DNA from: Candidatus Aenigmatarchaeota archaeon
GTDB lineage: Archaea; Aenigmatarchaeota; Aenigmatarchaeia; PWEA01; JACQIF01
Length of the DNA stretch: 64,000 nt
Assembly (NCBI GenBank): GCA_016432325.1
Contig: CP066684.1
Span: forward strand, 672,001 to 736,000
Direction of reading: 5' to 3'
Position numbers and translations under genes: made by a program. This document shows, one piece after another, positions 18,224 through 27,898 of this stretch (positions are counted from its first letter, which is position 1; the number at the start of each line of letters is the position of its first letter). The notes under the pieces were generated by a model. The model did not search any database. It was not told the DNA's origin and was given only the letters and a program-made list of their open reading frames with translations.

Positions 18224-19414
18224 ATGCAGATGTCTCTGGAAAACGTAATACAAGGATACCTTTCTAGACGAAGCCTGTTCAAGGACAGAAAACCGTTCAA
18301 CGGCTACACGCCGGACGAAATTCTGCACCGCGACCGTGAGATAGAGACGGCGGCGTCGATACTCTCTCCGGCTCTGAAAAACCAGAGACCCTCAAATCTG
18401 TTCGTTTACGGCAAGCCAGGAACAGGGAAGACGACTGTGATAAACCGCGTCGCAGGCGAGATACAACGCCTCTCGGAGAACCACAACACGACGGTGAAGA
18501 TGGCGTACCTGAACTGCAAGCTCAAAAACGCCGCCGACACGGAGTATCGTGTAATCGCTTCTCTCTGCAAGGCGTTTGGTCGCGACGTTCCGGCCACCGG
18601 ACTACCGACCGTCAAGATATACGACGCCTTCTTCGACGCACTTGAGGAGGCAGGCGGCACGACCATAATCGTGCTGGACGAGGTGGATTTCCTCGTCGCC
18701 AAGATAGGAGACGGCTTCCTCTACAACCTGACGCGCATCAACGACGACCTGAAGAAGGCGCGCGTTTCGATAATCGGCATATCCAACAACCTGTCCTTTA
18801 CCGGGGCCCTGGATCCCCGCGTGCGTTCGTCGCTTTCGGAGGAAGAGCTGCTCTTCCCCCCGTACAACGCGCTGCAGCTGCGCGACATATTGAAAACGCG
18901 GGCGTCGATGGCGTTCAACGAGGACGCCCTTGAAGAAGGGGTCATTGAGAAGTGCGCCGCCCTCGCGGCTCAGGAACACGGGGATGCGCGGCGCGCGCTC
19001 GACCTCCTGCGCGTCGCAGGCGAAATCGCCGAGCGCGAAGGGGCAGAACGCGTGCGGATATCACATGTTGACGTGGCGCAAGGCAAGCTGGACGAGGACC
19101 GCGTGCTGGATGCCATACGCGCGCAGCCGCGCCAGTCGCAGACCGTTCTCTGGACGGTGATGCAGAACTCTGACGCGTCAACGGGCAACGTCTACGCTCT
19201 CTACGAAACCGCCTGCAAGAACAACGGCCTCAAGCCGCTGACGCAGAGGCGCGTCTCGGACCTCATATCAGAGCTTGACGTGCTGGGCGTCGTGGAGACG
19301 CGCGTGGTCAGCAAGGGCCGTTACGGCCGCACACGCATAATACAGGCAAGGATACCGCCGCATCTTCAGGCTCATGTGAGGGACGTGCTTGTGAAAGAGT
19401 TCTTCTTCGCATAG
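18224..19414 (+). CDS. cdc6: Orc1/Cdc6 replication initiator
   Basis: YGKPGTGKT, LDEVD, LDPRVRSSL, FPPYNA.QL, GDARRALDLLR, C-terminal wH with SKGRYGRTR. Confidence 0.95.
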   Translation: MQMSLENVIQGYLSRRSLFKDRKPFNGYTPDEILHRDREIETAASILSPALKNQRPSNLFVYGKPGTGKTTVINRVAGEIQRLSENHNTTVKMAYLNCKLKNAADTEYRVIASLCKAFGRDVPATGLPTVKIYDAFFDALEEAGGTTIIVLDEVDFLVAKIGDGFLYNLTRINDDLKKARVSIIGISNNLSFTGALDPRVRSSLSEEELLFPPYNALQLRDILKTRASMAFNEDALEEGVIEKCAALAAQEHGDARRALDLLRVAGEIAEREGAERVRISHVDVAQGKLDEDRVLDAIRAQPRQSQTVLWTVMQNSDASTGNVYALYETACKNNGLKPLTQRRVSDLISELDVLGVVETRVVSKGRYGRTRIIQARIPPHLQAHVRDVLVKEFFFA

Positions 19415-19433
19415 AATACGACAGCGTGGGAAA

Positions 19434-20408
19434 ATGGACGTCGTTGACGAGATGCTGCGAAAGGGGATGCTGCTGTCGCCGGAAGCCGCCGCAGTCCTGC
19501 GCAGGAAGCCGGAGCTCGTTTCAACACTGAGCGTTTCCGGCACGGTCGTCACGCTCGGAGACGTCGAACGTCCGTCTGTCGTGTGGTCCGCGCCGCAGAA
19601 AAATGCGTCCTCTGTCAGCGAGCTTGCCGAATTCTACGCCGCGCGCTTCGCGTTCTACCGCGGTCTCCTCGAGGCCAAGGCCGACCGCGCGTTGCTCGTT
19701 TCAATGTCGCAGGCGGCCGGCCACGGTTCGCGCGCGAGCATAATCGGAATCGTCCGCGAGGTCGGGCAGGGCTTTGCCGTGCTGGAAGACGGGACGAAAA
19801 CTTTGCGCGTTCGGACACAAGAGAAGCTGCTCGAGGACGAGTGTGTGCTCGTGACAGGGACGATGGACCGCGACGCGCTTGTCGCGGAGACGATACTGTT
19901 CCCGGACGTGCCCATCGGGCACGCGGCCAAGACGTCGGCCAAGGAGGCGCGGCTTGTCGTCTGTGTTGACCCAGTCGCCGCCAACGCCACAGTCCTCATA
20001 ACGAACGCGTCCGCGGACAGTTCGCGCATGAACTTCGCCGCAGGCAACTCCGTGGTGTGGCCAGACGGCGCTGACGGAACGCGCCCGGTCTCCCCGTGCC
20101 TCCTGAACATCAACGGTCTCTTCGTACTGTTCCACAGGATATCCGCGGCCGATCTCCAGCGCATCGCAGACGCGCCTGTCGACAAGGCGGCCATACGCCT
20201 CCTGCGTTCGAGGCATATCGACCCGCGGAACACGCTTCCGGGCGATCCTCTGCTTCTGCGAGACGTCCCGGACATAGTCGTTCTGGACACAGGCGTGGCG
20301 TTCTCGGCAAACTACAAAGGCGTTACTGTCGTGTCGCCGTCGCGCGAACGCGCGTACGAGATAGACCTGAGAACGCGCGAAGTCAAGGAATTCAAAGCGC
20401 AGGCCTGA
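19434..20408 (+). CDS. Degenerate DNA polymerase D small subunit (DP1)/B-subunit-like protein, exonuclease motifs lost
   Basis: N-terminal LRKGMLLSPEA helix, OB fold (IIGIVREV..LEDGT..VLVTG..ILFPDVP), LLRSRHIDP..DPLLLRDVPDI..NYKGVTVV; directly after cdc6. Confidence 0.8.
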   Translation: MDVVDEMLRKGMLLSPEAAAVLRRKPELVSTLSVSGTVVTLGDVERPSVVWSAPQKNASSVSELAEFYAARFAFYRGLLEAKADRALLVSMSQAAGHGSRASIIGIVREVGQGFAVLEDGTKTLRVRTQEKLLEDECVLVTGTMDRDALVAETILFPDVPIGHAAKTSAKEARLVVCVDPVAANATVLITNASADSSRMNFAAGNSVVWPDGADGTRPVSPCLLNINGLFVLFHRISAADLQRIADAPVDKAAIRLLRSRHIDPRNTLPGDPLLLRDVPDIVVLDTGVAFSANYKGVTVVSPSRERAYEIDLRTREVKEFKAQA

Positions 20409-20910
20409 GATGGGACCACGGGATGTGAGTCTCCGCGAACAGGTCCGCGCGCAGGTTTTCCACATGGACAGAACCGACGTCGACGGATTCGAATCGCGTT
20501 GCATACGCCCCGCACCAGTCAGCGACCCTTTTCGGCGTCAGCGTCTCGCTCTTGTGGAAAAACAGTCTGCTGTGGAATCCGTTGGCCCCCCACTTCTGGG
20601 CTCTGGCCGACACGTGGCCGCCTGTAACGTCGGCTATGAAATCGGCGGTAGACGCGGCGTCCTCACTACGACCGCGTTCCGTGTAGACGTCGACTCTTGG
20701 AGAGTGCTTGCCGTTGAGCCGTATGAAATGGCGTGCGTCGTAAGACGCGCCGCCCGGACCGCGAAGATTGACGTCAACGCGCCTGCACGCATCTTCCGGA
20801 AGCATCCTCAGTTCGTCCAGCGTCGGCGCGCCTATCACGTAGTCCGTTAAAATTATCGGAGCTTCCGGCACCTCGTCTCCAGTCGGTTTAAGAACGTCAA
20901 ACAGTCCCAT
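20392..20910 (-). CDS. Hypothetical protein
   Basis: 172-aa ORF with SD-like GAAGGGA and upstream TTAAATA. Confidence 0.55.
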   Translation of the reverse strand: MGLFDVLKPTGDEVPEAPIILTDYVIGAPTLDELRMLPEDACRRVDVNLRGPGGASYDARHFIRLNGKHSPRVDVYTERGRSEDAASTADFIADVTGGHVSARAQKWGANGFHSRLFFHKSETLTPKRVADWCGAYATRFESVDVGSVHVENLRADLFAETHIPWSHLRPAL

Positions 20911-21037
20911 AAAATCCCTTCAATAAACGCACTAACCTATTTAAGCGGCACGAAACGCGCCGCACAAACCTCTATAATCCGCGCCACAAATCTATTTTAT
21001 ACTACGAGTGCAACTAAAACGCCTTCGGGGGTTAGGC

Positions 21038-23728
21038 ATGCGGCTGCAGGTATTGGACGCAGACTACACAATGCTGGACAACAAGCCTCTGATGCGCATA
21101 TTCTGCAAGCGGCCCGACGGGAAGAGCGTGTGCGTCTTCTACCGGAACTTCCTGCCTTATCTCTACGCGCTTCCGCGGGGCAGCGACGAGGACGTGACGG
21201 CGCTTCTCAGGAAAAGGTTCGGCGGCGAGCTCCTTAACGTCGAGCGCGTCGAGCGTTTCCTGCCTATCGGCTACAACGACACGCCGGCGAAGCTTCTTAA
21301 AATAACGCTCCGCACGCCCTCGAAGGTGCCGGAAGCGAAGGAGGCGCTCGCGTCCATCGCAGAGCTGTACGAAGCGGACGTCCTGTTTCGCTACAGATTC
21401 TTTTCCGATTTCGGCATCGGCGGCATGGGATGGATAGACGTCGAAGGTTCCAACGCGAGCACGTCTACGGTTTACTGCCCTGTGATAGAGGCGACGTCAA
21501 TAACGCCCGTCCAATCGGAGGAAAACGTGCCTCTGCGCTACATGTCTCTCGACATCGAATGCGTTCCTCTTGAGATGGCCGGAATAGCCGGGGCCGAGAA
21601 AGACCCGATAATAATGATGTCCCTGATATTCGAGCCCGGGCACAAGGACAGGCGTAGCGTGGTCCTCGCCTCAAGACTCGGCATCACGAACGCCGAATGC
21701 TATCCGGACGAGAAGCAGATGCTCCAGGCGTTCATCGACGTCGTGCGAGCGTACGACCCCGACGTGCTCGTGGGTTACAATATCCAGAACTTCGACCTCC
21801 CGTACATCCTCAAACGCCTGGAGATTCACGGCTTGGAACGCAAGCTAGGCCGCGCGGACAAGACGACGTTTACGCGCACCATGGTCGGCAAGCAGGCCAC
21901 GGACGTCATTGGCCGTGTGGTCGCGGACCCGTACGTGATAATACGAAAACCCGACATAAGCACCATGCCGGGGTTCGCCAGGTTCAAGCGTTATGATCTC
22001 AACACGGTCGCGCACGACCTCCTCGGCGAGGAGAAGATAAAGATAGACCACAAGGAGATGCGTGACGCGTGGCTGGCCCGCCAGAAGATGGAGACGTACG
22101 TCGAGTACTGCCGCAAGGACGCGGCGCTTGCGCTTAACATACTGCTGAAATACCAGATGATGGACAAGTACGTCGCCATCGCGCGCCTCTCCGGGATCAC
22201 GCTGCAGGACTCGATCAACGGCGGCCAGAGCACGCGCATAGAAAATCTCCTGCTCAACGAGTTCAACAGGCGCGGCTTCGTGATGCCCCTCAAGCCCGGG
22301 GACGAGGAAGACGCAGAACGCGAAGCGGAACGAGGGCAGACGGAGTACAAAGGAGGTCTCGTGCTCGAGCCGGAGAAAGGACTGCACACGGACGGCTGTA
22401 TTGCCGTATTGGACTTCAAGAGTCTGTATCCTTCGATAATCATGACCTACAACGTCTGTCCCACAACGCTCGTCAGGAGCGACACGAACGCGTCGCTCAA
22501 CGTCTCTCCAGCAGGCGCCAAGTTCGTGACGGCGGACGTCCGCGAAGGAATACTGCCCGCGATACTCGGCAGGCTGATAGACGAGCGCGCGGCGGTGAAG
22601 AAGCAGATGAAGTCCGCCAGCGGAACGGCCAAGGCCGTGCTGGACGCCAAGCAGTTCGCCCTGAAGATGGCCACGAATTCGTTCTACGGCTACACAGGAT
22701 ACCTGCGCGCGCGGATATACGTCCTGGACGTGGCGAACGCGATAACGGCATACGGGCGCACGCTGATAGAACAGACCAGGGACACGATAGAAGGCCACGG
22801 CTACAAGGTCGTCTACGGCGACACGGACTCAGTGATGATAAAAATCCCCACGCGAAACCTGGACGAGGCCTACACCATAGGAAACGACCTCTCGCGCGAG
22901 ATAACGGAATCCCTGCCCGGAAGGCTCGAACTGGACTTCGATAAAATCTTCCGCTCGTTCCTCATTCTTACCAAGAAGCGCTACGCCGGATGGTCCTTCG
23001 AGAAGACGGGCGACAAATGGAGCGACAAGATAGAGATGAAGGGAATCGAGACCGTGCGCCGCGACTGGTGCGATCTCGTGTCAGAGACAATGGAAAACGT
23101 GATAGAGACCATCCTGAAGGAAGGCGACATCGGCAAGGCGATGGGAACCGTCAAGGAGCAGGTCGAGCGGCTCAAGCAGGGAAACGTGGACATCTACAAG
23201 CTGGCGATAACGAAAGGCCTCACGAAGAGCACGGAGCGCTACGACGGGATGCTGCCGCACGTGGAGCTGGCGAAGCGGATGAAGAAGCGCGGCGGCGCGC
23301 CCGCGGCCGGCGACAGGATACAGTTCGTAATCGTTTCCGGGAACGCCCTGATAAGCCAGCGCGCCGAAGACCCCGAGTACATTATACAGAACAAGCTAAG
23401 GATAGACAGCGACTACTATATCGGCTCGCAGCTGCTGCCGCCTCTGGAGCGCATCTTTGCCGTGATGGGAATCGAACGCAACGAGCTGACCGGCGGAGGC
23501 CGCCAGATAAGCCTCTTCGAAGCCATGAACGGCGGCAAGCCCCAGCGGAAGTTCTCTGTTGTGAGCGAGATGAACCCCGACAAGGCGGTCGTCACCAACG
23601 TCGAGGGCTTTTCGTGCCGCTCCTGCAAAACAACGTTCCGCCGCGTGCCGATTCTCGGCAAGTGCGACTGCGGCGGAGAAATCTACGCGTACGGCGGCGG
23701 CATGATGGGCAAGACAGTGGCGGTTTGA
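21038..23728 (+). CDS. polB: Family B DNA polymerase with PIP-like box and C-terminal DP2-like zinc finger
   Basis: Exo motifs DIE, GYNIQNFD, YCRKD; Pol motifs DFKSLYPSII, KMATNSFYGY, YGDTDS; RQISLFEAM; FSCRSCKTTFRRVPILGKCDCGG. Confidence 0.97.
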   Translation: MRLQVLDADYTMLDNKPLMRIFCKRPDGKSVCVFYRNFLPYLYALPRGSDEDVTALLRKRFGGELLNVERVERFLPIGYNDTPAKLLKITLRTPSKVPEAKEALASIAELYEADVLFRYRFFSDFGIGGMGWIDVEGSNASTSTVYCPVIEATSITPVQSEENVPLRYMSLDIECVPLEMAGIAGAEKDPIIMMSLIFEPGHKDRRSVVLASRLGITNAECYPDEKQMLQAFIDVVRAYDPDVLVGYNIQNFDLPYILKRLEIHGLERKLGRADKTTFTRTMVGKQATDVIGRVVADPYVIIRKPDISTMPGFARFKRYDLNTVAHDLLGEEKIKIDHKEMRDAWLARQKMETYVEYCRKDAALALNILLKYQMMDKYVAIARLSGITLQDSINGGQSTRIENLLLNEFNRRGFVMPLKPGDEEDAEREAERGQTEYKGGLVLEPEKGLHTDGCIAVLDFKSLYPSIIMTYNVCPTTLVRSDTNASLNVSPAGAKFVTADVREGILPAILGRLIDERAAVKKQMKSASGTAKAVLDAKQFALKMATNSFYGYTGYLRARIYVLDVANAITAYGRTLIEQTRDTIEGHGYKVVYGDTDSVMIKIPTRNLDEAYTIGNDLSREITESLPGRLELDFDKIFRSFLILTKKRYAGWSFEKTGDKWSDKIEMKGIETVRRDWCDLVSETMENVIETILKEGDIGKAMGTVKEQVERLKQGNVDIYKLAITKGLTKSTERYDGMLPHVELAKRMKKRGGAPAAGDRIQFVIVSGNALISQRAEDPEYIIQNKLRIDSDYYIGSQLLPPLERIFAVMGIERNELTGGGRQISLFEAMNGGKPQRKFSVVSEMNPDKAVVTNVEGFSCRSCKTTFRRVPILGKCDCGGEIYAYGGGMMGKTVAV

Positions 23729-24192
23729 TGAACGTTCTGGATATATCGCTCTTCCTTTCCGTCTGGGCGCCGTGGTTCGCCGTCCTGCTCGCGACGCCCC
23801 TTATCATGCACACGAAGAACTATCGCCGGGCTGTTTTGTACGTCGCTCTTCTCTTCGCCGTGCTGGCCGCCGTGGCAGCCGTCAAGACGCTCACTGCCAT
23901 TCCGCGGCCGGACGGCGCGCTGATTCCAGAACTCGGTTCGTCGTTCCCGAGCGGCCATGCGGCTCTTGCGTTCGTCCCTCTAGGATTCTACTGGTCGCTC
24001 GTGCGATGGCCGCACCGTATCGCGCTCTTCTTATTTGGCGCGCTGGTCGCATACTCTCGGCTCGTCCTGAACGTCCACTATCCAATCGATGTAGTCGCAG
24101 GCGGGCTGATAGGATTCGCCGTTCCATACGCTGTTATGAGGAACGAGAGAACAGTGCTTCGCCTGGTGCACAGAATCGTAAAGGAGCGCTAG
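23728..24192 (+). CDS. PAP2 family membrane phosphatase
   Basis: K..TAIPRP, SFPSGHA, SRLVLNVHYPIDVVAG; ATG overlaps polB stop. Confidence 0.9.
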   Translation: MNVLDISLFLSVWAPWFAVLLATPLIMHTKNYRRAVLYVALLFAVLAAVAAVKTLTAIPRPDGALIPELGSSFPSGHAALAFVPLGFYWSLVRWPHRIALFLFGALVAYSRLVLNVHYPIDVVAGGLIGFAVPYAVMRNERTVLRLVHRIVKER

Positions 24193-24193
24193 T

Positions 24194-25831
24194 CTACATT
24201 CCGTCCATGCCGCCGGGCGGCATCTGCGGTCCGCCGCCGCTGAGCTTCGACGCGGTCACGATGTCGTCTATTCTCAAAAGCATCTCCGCGGCCTCGGACG
24301 CGGACTTTATCGCCTGCGTCTTTATCTTGAGCGGTTCGATGACGCCTGCTTTCCACATGTCCACGACATTCCCCGCGTAGACGTCGACACCTGAGTGCTT
24401 GCCTCCCTTCTCGTGCGCGGCTCGCAGTTCGACGAGGATGTCTATCGGGTCCAGTCCGGCGTTCTCCGCGAGCGTGCGCGGTATCGATTCCAGAGCGTCC
24501 GCGAACGCTTGGATGGCGAGCTGTTCTCGCCCGGAGTATTTCTGGCTGAAGACGCGCAGTTTTCTTGCGACCTCCGCTTCTGGCGCGCCGCCACCTGCAG
24601 TAACGCGTCCTGTTTCAAGGGCCGCTGCTATACCGCCTATCGCGTCGGTCATCGCGCGTTCTATCTCGTCTATGACGTGTTCTGTTCCGCCTCGTATGAG
24701 TATTGAAACGGCCTTGGGGCTCTTGCATTCGCGCACGAACACCATTCGCTCTCCGGCGACCTTCTTCTCTTCTACAAGCTTCGCATAACCAAGGTCGTCC
24801 TTCGAGAGCGCGTCAAGGTTCGTTACGACACGCGCTCCTGTCGCGCGTGCAAGCGCGTCCATGTCGCTCTTCTTGACGCGGCGCGTCGCGGCGACCCCTG
24901 CCTTCTGCAGGTAGTGCTGGGCCGGATCTTCTATACCCTTCTGGCAGAATATGAGGTTCGCGCCCGAAGCGACGACCTTCTCGACCATCTTCTTCAACAT
25001 CTTGTCTTCCTGTTCGAGGAACGCCTCCAGCTGGTCAGGCGACGTTATCTCTATCTTCGCGTCCGTTTCCGTCTCCTTGACTTCCAGAGCGACGTCGAGC
25101 AATGCAATCTTGGCGTCTTTCACGACCTTGGGCATCCCGGAGTGAATTATCTCCTTATCCACGACGACTCCCATGATCAGTTCCGTGTCTTCAACGCCCC
25201 CGCCCGTCTTCTTTTCAAGCTTGATATTCTCATCGTCGACGCTGCCGTCGTTCTCCCTTACGAGAAGAACGGCGTCCATCGCCAGTTGCGCGAGATGCTC
25301 GCTGGCGCGCTCGGCGCTCTTGCCTGTCATCGCCGTTATCGCAATCTGCTTGAGAACGTTCTTGTCCTTGCTGAGATCCACCTTCTCCGCGCCTTCGTTC
25401 AGAATTTTCAGAGACTCTTCTCTGGCCATCTTGTAGCCCTTTGCTATTACGGTCGGGTGAACTTCTTGGTCTATCAGATCTTCAGCGCGCTTGAGCAGTT
25501 CTGCGGCTATGACGACAGCCGTGGTTGTTCCGTCGCCGACTTCCTCTTCCTGTGTTTTGGCGACTTCGACGAGCATCTTCGCCGCCGGGTGTTCTATCTC
25601 CATCTCTTCGAGAATTGTAACGCCGTCGTTCGTTATTACGATGTCGCCCATGCTGTCCACGAGCATCTTGTCCATGCCTTTCGGCCCGAGCGTCGTTCGC
25701 ACTGTGTCGCCCACCGCTCGCGCGGCAGCGATGTTGGATTTCTGGGCTCCTTTGCCCGTGTTGCGCAGCGTGCCCTCGGGCAGTATGAATATAGGTTGCG
25801 TTCCGCTTGGCAGTCCTGGCATTCCGTTCAT
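24194..25831 (-). CDS. thsA: Thermosome (group II chaperonin) subunit
   Basis: [36 protein letters not shown] tail. Confidence 0.95.
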   Translation of the reverse strand: MNGMPGLPSGTQPIFILPEGTLRNTGKGAQKSNIAAARAVGDTVRTTLGPKGMDKMLVDSMGDIVITNDGVTILEEMEIEHPAAKMLVEVAKTQEEEVGDGTTTAVVIAAELLKRAEDLIDQEVHPTVIAKGYKMAREESLKILNEGAEKVDLSKDKNVLKQIAITAMTGKSAERASEHLAQLAMDAVLLVRENDGSVDDENIKLEKKTGGGVEDTELIMGVVVDKEIIHSGMPKVVKDAKIALLDVALEVKETETDAKIEITSPDQLEAFLEQEDKMLKKMVEKVVASGANLIFCQKGIEDPAQHYLQKAGVAATRRVKKSDMDALARATGARVVTNLDALSKDDLGYAKLVEEKKVAGERMVFVRECKSPKAVSILIRGGTEHVIDEIERAMTDAIGGIAAALETGRVTAGGGAPEAEVARKLRVFSQKYSGREQLAIQAFADALESIPRTLAENAGLDPIDILVELRAAHEKGGKHSGVDVYAGNVVDMWKAGVIEPLKIKTQAIKSASEAAEMLLRIDDIVTASKLSGGGPQMPPGGMDGM

Positions 25832-25933
25832 ATTTGTTACCCCCAAATGTTATCCCTAAAAGGATTGCGTCTTGCGTAACGTAACAGCCGAATCAGCTAT
25901 TTAAACCTTACCGGAGAGCATCGGAGGGATACT

Positions 25934-26179
25934 ATGGTATTTGTGTGGCAGGACGCGGCCTTTACGATTGGCCAGCTGATTTTCATGATTAGCCTTCTTC
26001 CTACTGTCATGGACCGGAAATCTCAGGTGCCTCGACAGACCAGCGTTACTACGACCGCGATTATGCTCGGATTCGCTGTGACGTACGTGTCCTTAAATCT
26101 CTACTTCGCCGCCGCCCTGAGCTGCCTGCTGGCAATAATGTGGGGAGTCGTGGCGTGGAAGCGGCCCGTAAAAAAGTGA
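25934..26179 (+). CDS. Small three-helix membrane protein (PQ-loop/SemiSWEET-like)
   Basis: Three hydrophobic helices, LLPTV after helix 1. Confidence 0.55.
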   Translation: MVFVWQDAAFTIGQLIFMISLLPTVMDRKSQVPRQTSVTTTAIMLGFAVTYVSLNLYFAAALSCLLAIMWGVVAWKRPVKK

Positions 26180-26188
26180 TGATGGACC

Positions 26189-26455
26189 CTAACGAATCCT
26201 TCTGTCTTGAGAGTCATCGCACCGAATCTCGTGAAACCCTCCACTGGCGACTTCCCGCGCCATCTGAGCCGCGCTCCAATAATCCCAAAACCTCATCCCG
26301 CCTTCACCAATAATCAGACCGTAATACACGTCCGTGGCCTTGGCGCCGTCGGACGGTTCCGCCGGGAAGAGGATGGTAGCTAACCATCTATACCCAAGAT
26401 CGCTCTCCCAAGCACGAATGACTTTCTTCCCATCGGCGAGCAAAGTCCTACTCAT
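26189..26455 (-). CDS. Hypothetical protein, weak DUF2958-like pattern
   Basis: KVIRAWES..GYRWLAT..YYGLIIG..WDYWS; 5' part of the track ORF is the tRNA-Ile gene, so trimmed. Confidence 0.45.
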   Translation of the reverse strand: MSRTLLADGKKVIRAWESDLGYRWLATILFPAEPSDGAKATDVYYGLIIGEGGMRFWDYWSAAQMAREVASGGFHEIRCDDSQDRRIR

Positions 26456-26529
26456 GGTCGACGTTACACCCAAATCGATATAAAGACAATGGTGGACCCC
26501 GAACAAACCTTCGGTTTGAACGACGTAAG

Positions 26530-26586
26530 CGTATTTTTCGCGAACGTTTTTCGGCGTTAGCTTACGCGATTGGCCGAAAAAGGTTC
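26530..26586 (-). repeat. Dispersed hairpin element, copy in tRNA-Ile trailer
   Basis: Matches 17034-17090; followed by a duplicate of the tRNA 3' end at 26490-26499. Confidence 0.75.
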
Positions 26587-26774
26587 TGGTGGACCCGGCC
26601 GGAGTTTCAATGGCACGAAGCCACTTCGAATTCGCCAAAGCCATTGCGTTTTTGCTAAAGCTTTTTCGCAAAAAGCTTCTCCGGCGACCCCCGGCTAGCC
26701 TAGACTCGCACTGTAACGATTTCCGTGCGAGGGTCATATAAGACCGGTGCTCTAACCAACTGAGCCACGGGTCC
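26587..26774 (-). tRNA. tRNA-Ile(TAT) with three introns: 37/38 (26697-26736), 53/54 (26631-26680), 59/60 (26604-26624)
   Basis: Spliced 77-nt cloverleaf GGACCCGTGGCTCAGTTGGTTAGAGCACCGGTCTTATAAGCCGGGGGTCGCCGGTTCGAATCCGGCCGGGTCCACCA; BHB helices CTTA/TAGG, CGCC/GGCG, TTCG/TGAA. Confidence 0.9.
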
Positions 26775-26801
26775 ACACACCCCCGTGAGCGCGTTTAACA
26801 T

Positions 26802-27284
26802 TTAAGCTTGTTTCCCGCCGCTCATAAGGTTGCTCTTCTCAACCAAAAGAACCTCTCCAGAATGCGCGTCTATCCTAACGTTGAGAGCCATTCCGCTCGC
26901 CTCCAAGAAAGTGACGTTCCAATACTCCATGCCGTTCTTCTGTACAGCGAGTATTATTTTGACGGGCTTGATTTTAGACTCCTCGGCGTTTCTCAACGCG
27001 GTCTGAAGCGCCGTCGCCTCGTCCGTCTCGGGCATCTTGTCGAACGGAGCATATGTTTTCTCGTGGAGCGGCACGTCTGCGTCCTCCGTCGCAACTCCTT
27101 TCTCGGAAACGGCCACCGGAACCATCTTGCCTGTCTTCGGAACGTAATAGCTGAGGTTCCACGCGTCTATCTTCTGTTTGGGATTGAGCATCACATAGGC
27201 CGAGCAGAAGAACGCGCCTCTGGCTTTCAGCGCCTTGACGTCTGCTGAATCCTCTGCCATTTTCACCGCATCTGCGAGCTTCAT
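26802..27284 (-). CDS. Hypothetical protein (PepSY-like repeats)
   Basis: WNLSYY and WNVTF..VRIDAHSGEVL. Confidence 0.65.
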   Translation of the reverse strand: MKLADAVKMAEDSADVKALKARGAFFCSAYVMLNPKQKIDAWNLSYYVPKTGKMVPVAVSEKGVATEDADVPLHEKTYAPFDKMPETDEATALQTALRNAEESKIKPVKIILAVQKNGMEYWNVTFLEASGMALNVRIDAHSGEVLLVEKSNLMSGGKQA

Positions 27285-27334
27285 ACGCCGTCTGCAAAAG
27301 AAGATTATAAATACTTCGTGTACAAAGCGACGCT

Positions 27335-27898
27335 ATGATAGAACGCACGCTCGTACTCATCAAACCCGACGGCGTGGCGCGCGGACTCATCGGAGAGTGC
27401 GTCAAACGTTTTGAACAGCGCGGCCTGAAAGTCGTCGGAATGAAGATGATCCGTCCTGACGCGAAGCTTGTGGGAGACCATTACACAGACGACCTCGAGT
27501 GGCTGACGAGCGTTGGCCGCAAGACCAAAGTTTCGTACGAGAAGAAAGGCATGAAGATGGACAAACCCGATGTCGAGATAGGCCGCTACGTGCGCAAGTG
27601 GCTGATGGACTACCTCGCGTCAGGGCCTGTCGTTGCGCTCGTTCTTGAAGGGCATCACGCCGTGGAGATAGCGCGCAAATTATGCGGCGACACAGAACCG
27701 CGCGTCGCCCTGCCCGGAACGATCCGCGGGGACCTTTCCGTCGAGTCGTACATGATAGGCGACGAGAAGCAGAGGCCCGTCAAGAACGTCGTTCACGCGT
27801 CAGGCTCCGTCAAAGAGGCGGAGAGCGAGATGAAGGTATGGTTTTCCGAGAACGAACTCTGCTCATACGAGCGCGTTGATTGGGCGGCGATACACTAA
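27335..27898 (+). CDS. ndk: Nucleoside diphosphate kinase
   Basis: ERTLVLIKPDGVARGLIG, SGPVV, PGTIRGD, NVVHAS. Confidence 0.95.
   Translation: MIERTLVLIKPDGVARGLIGECVKRFEQRGLKVVGMKMIRPDAKLVGDHYTDDLEWLTSVGRKTKVSYEKKGMKMDKPDVEIGRYVRKWLMDYLASGPVVALVLEGHHAVEIARKLCGDTEPRVALPGTIRGDLSVESYMIGDEKQRPVKNVVHASGSVKEAESEMKVWFSENELCSYERVDWAAIH

Noticed and set aside
18224-23728. Inteins in cdc6 or polB
   Set aside because: Lengths and motif spacing are normal; no intein termini seen
26456-26776. N-terminal half of the 195-aa track ORF
   Set aside because: Coincides with the tRNA-Ile gene and its trailer repeat
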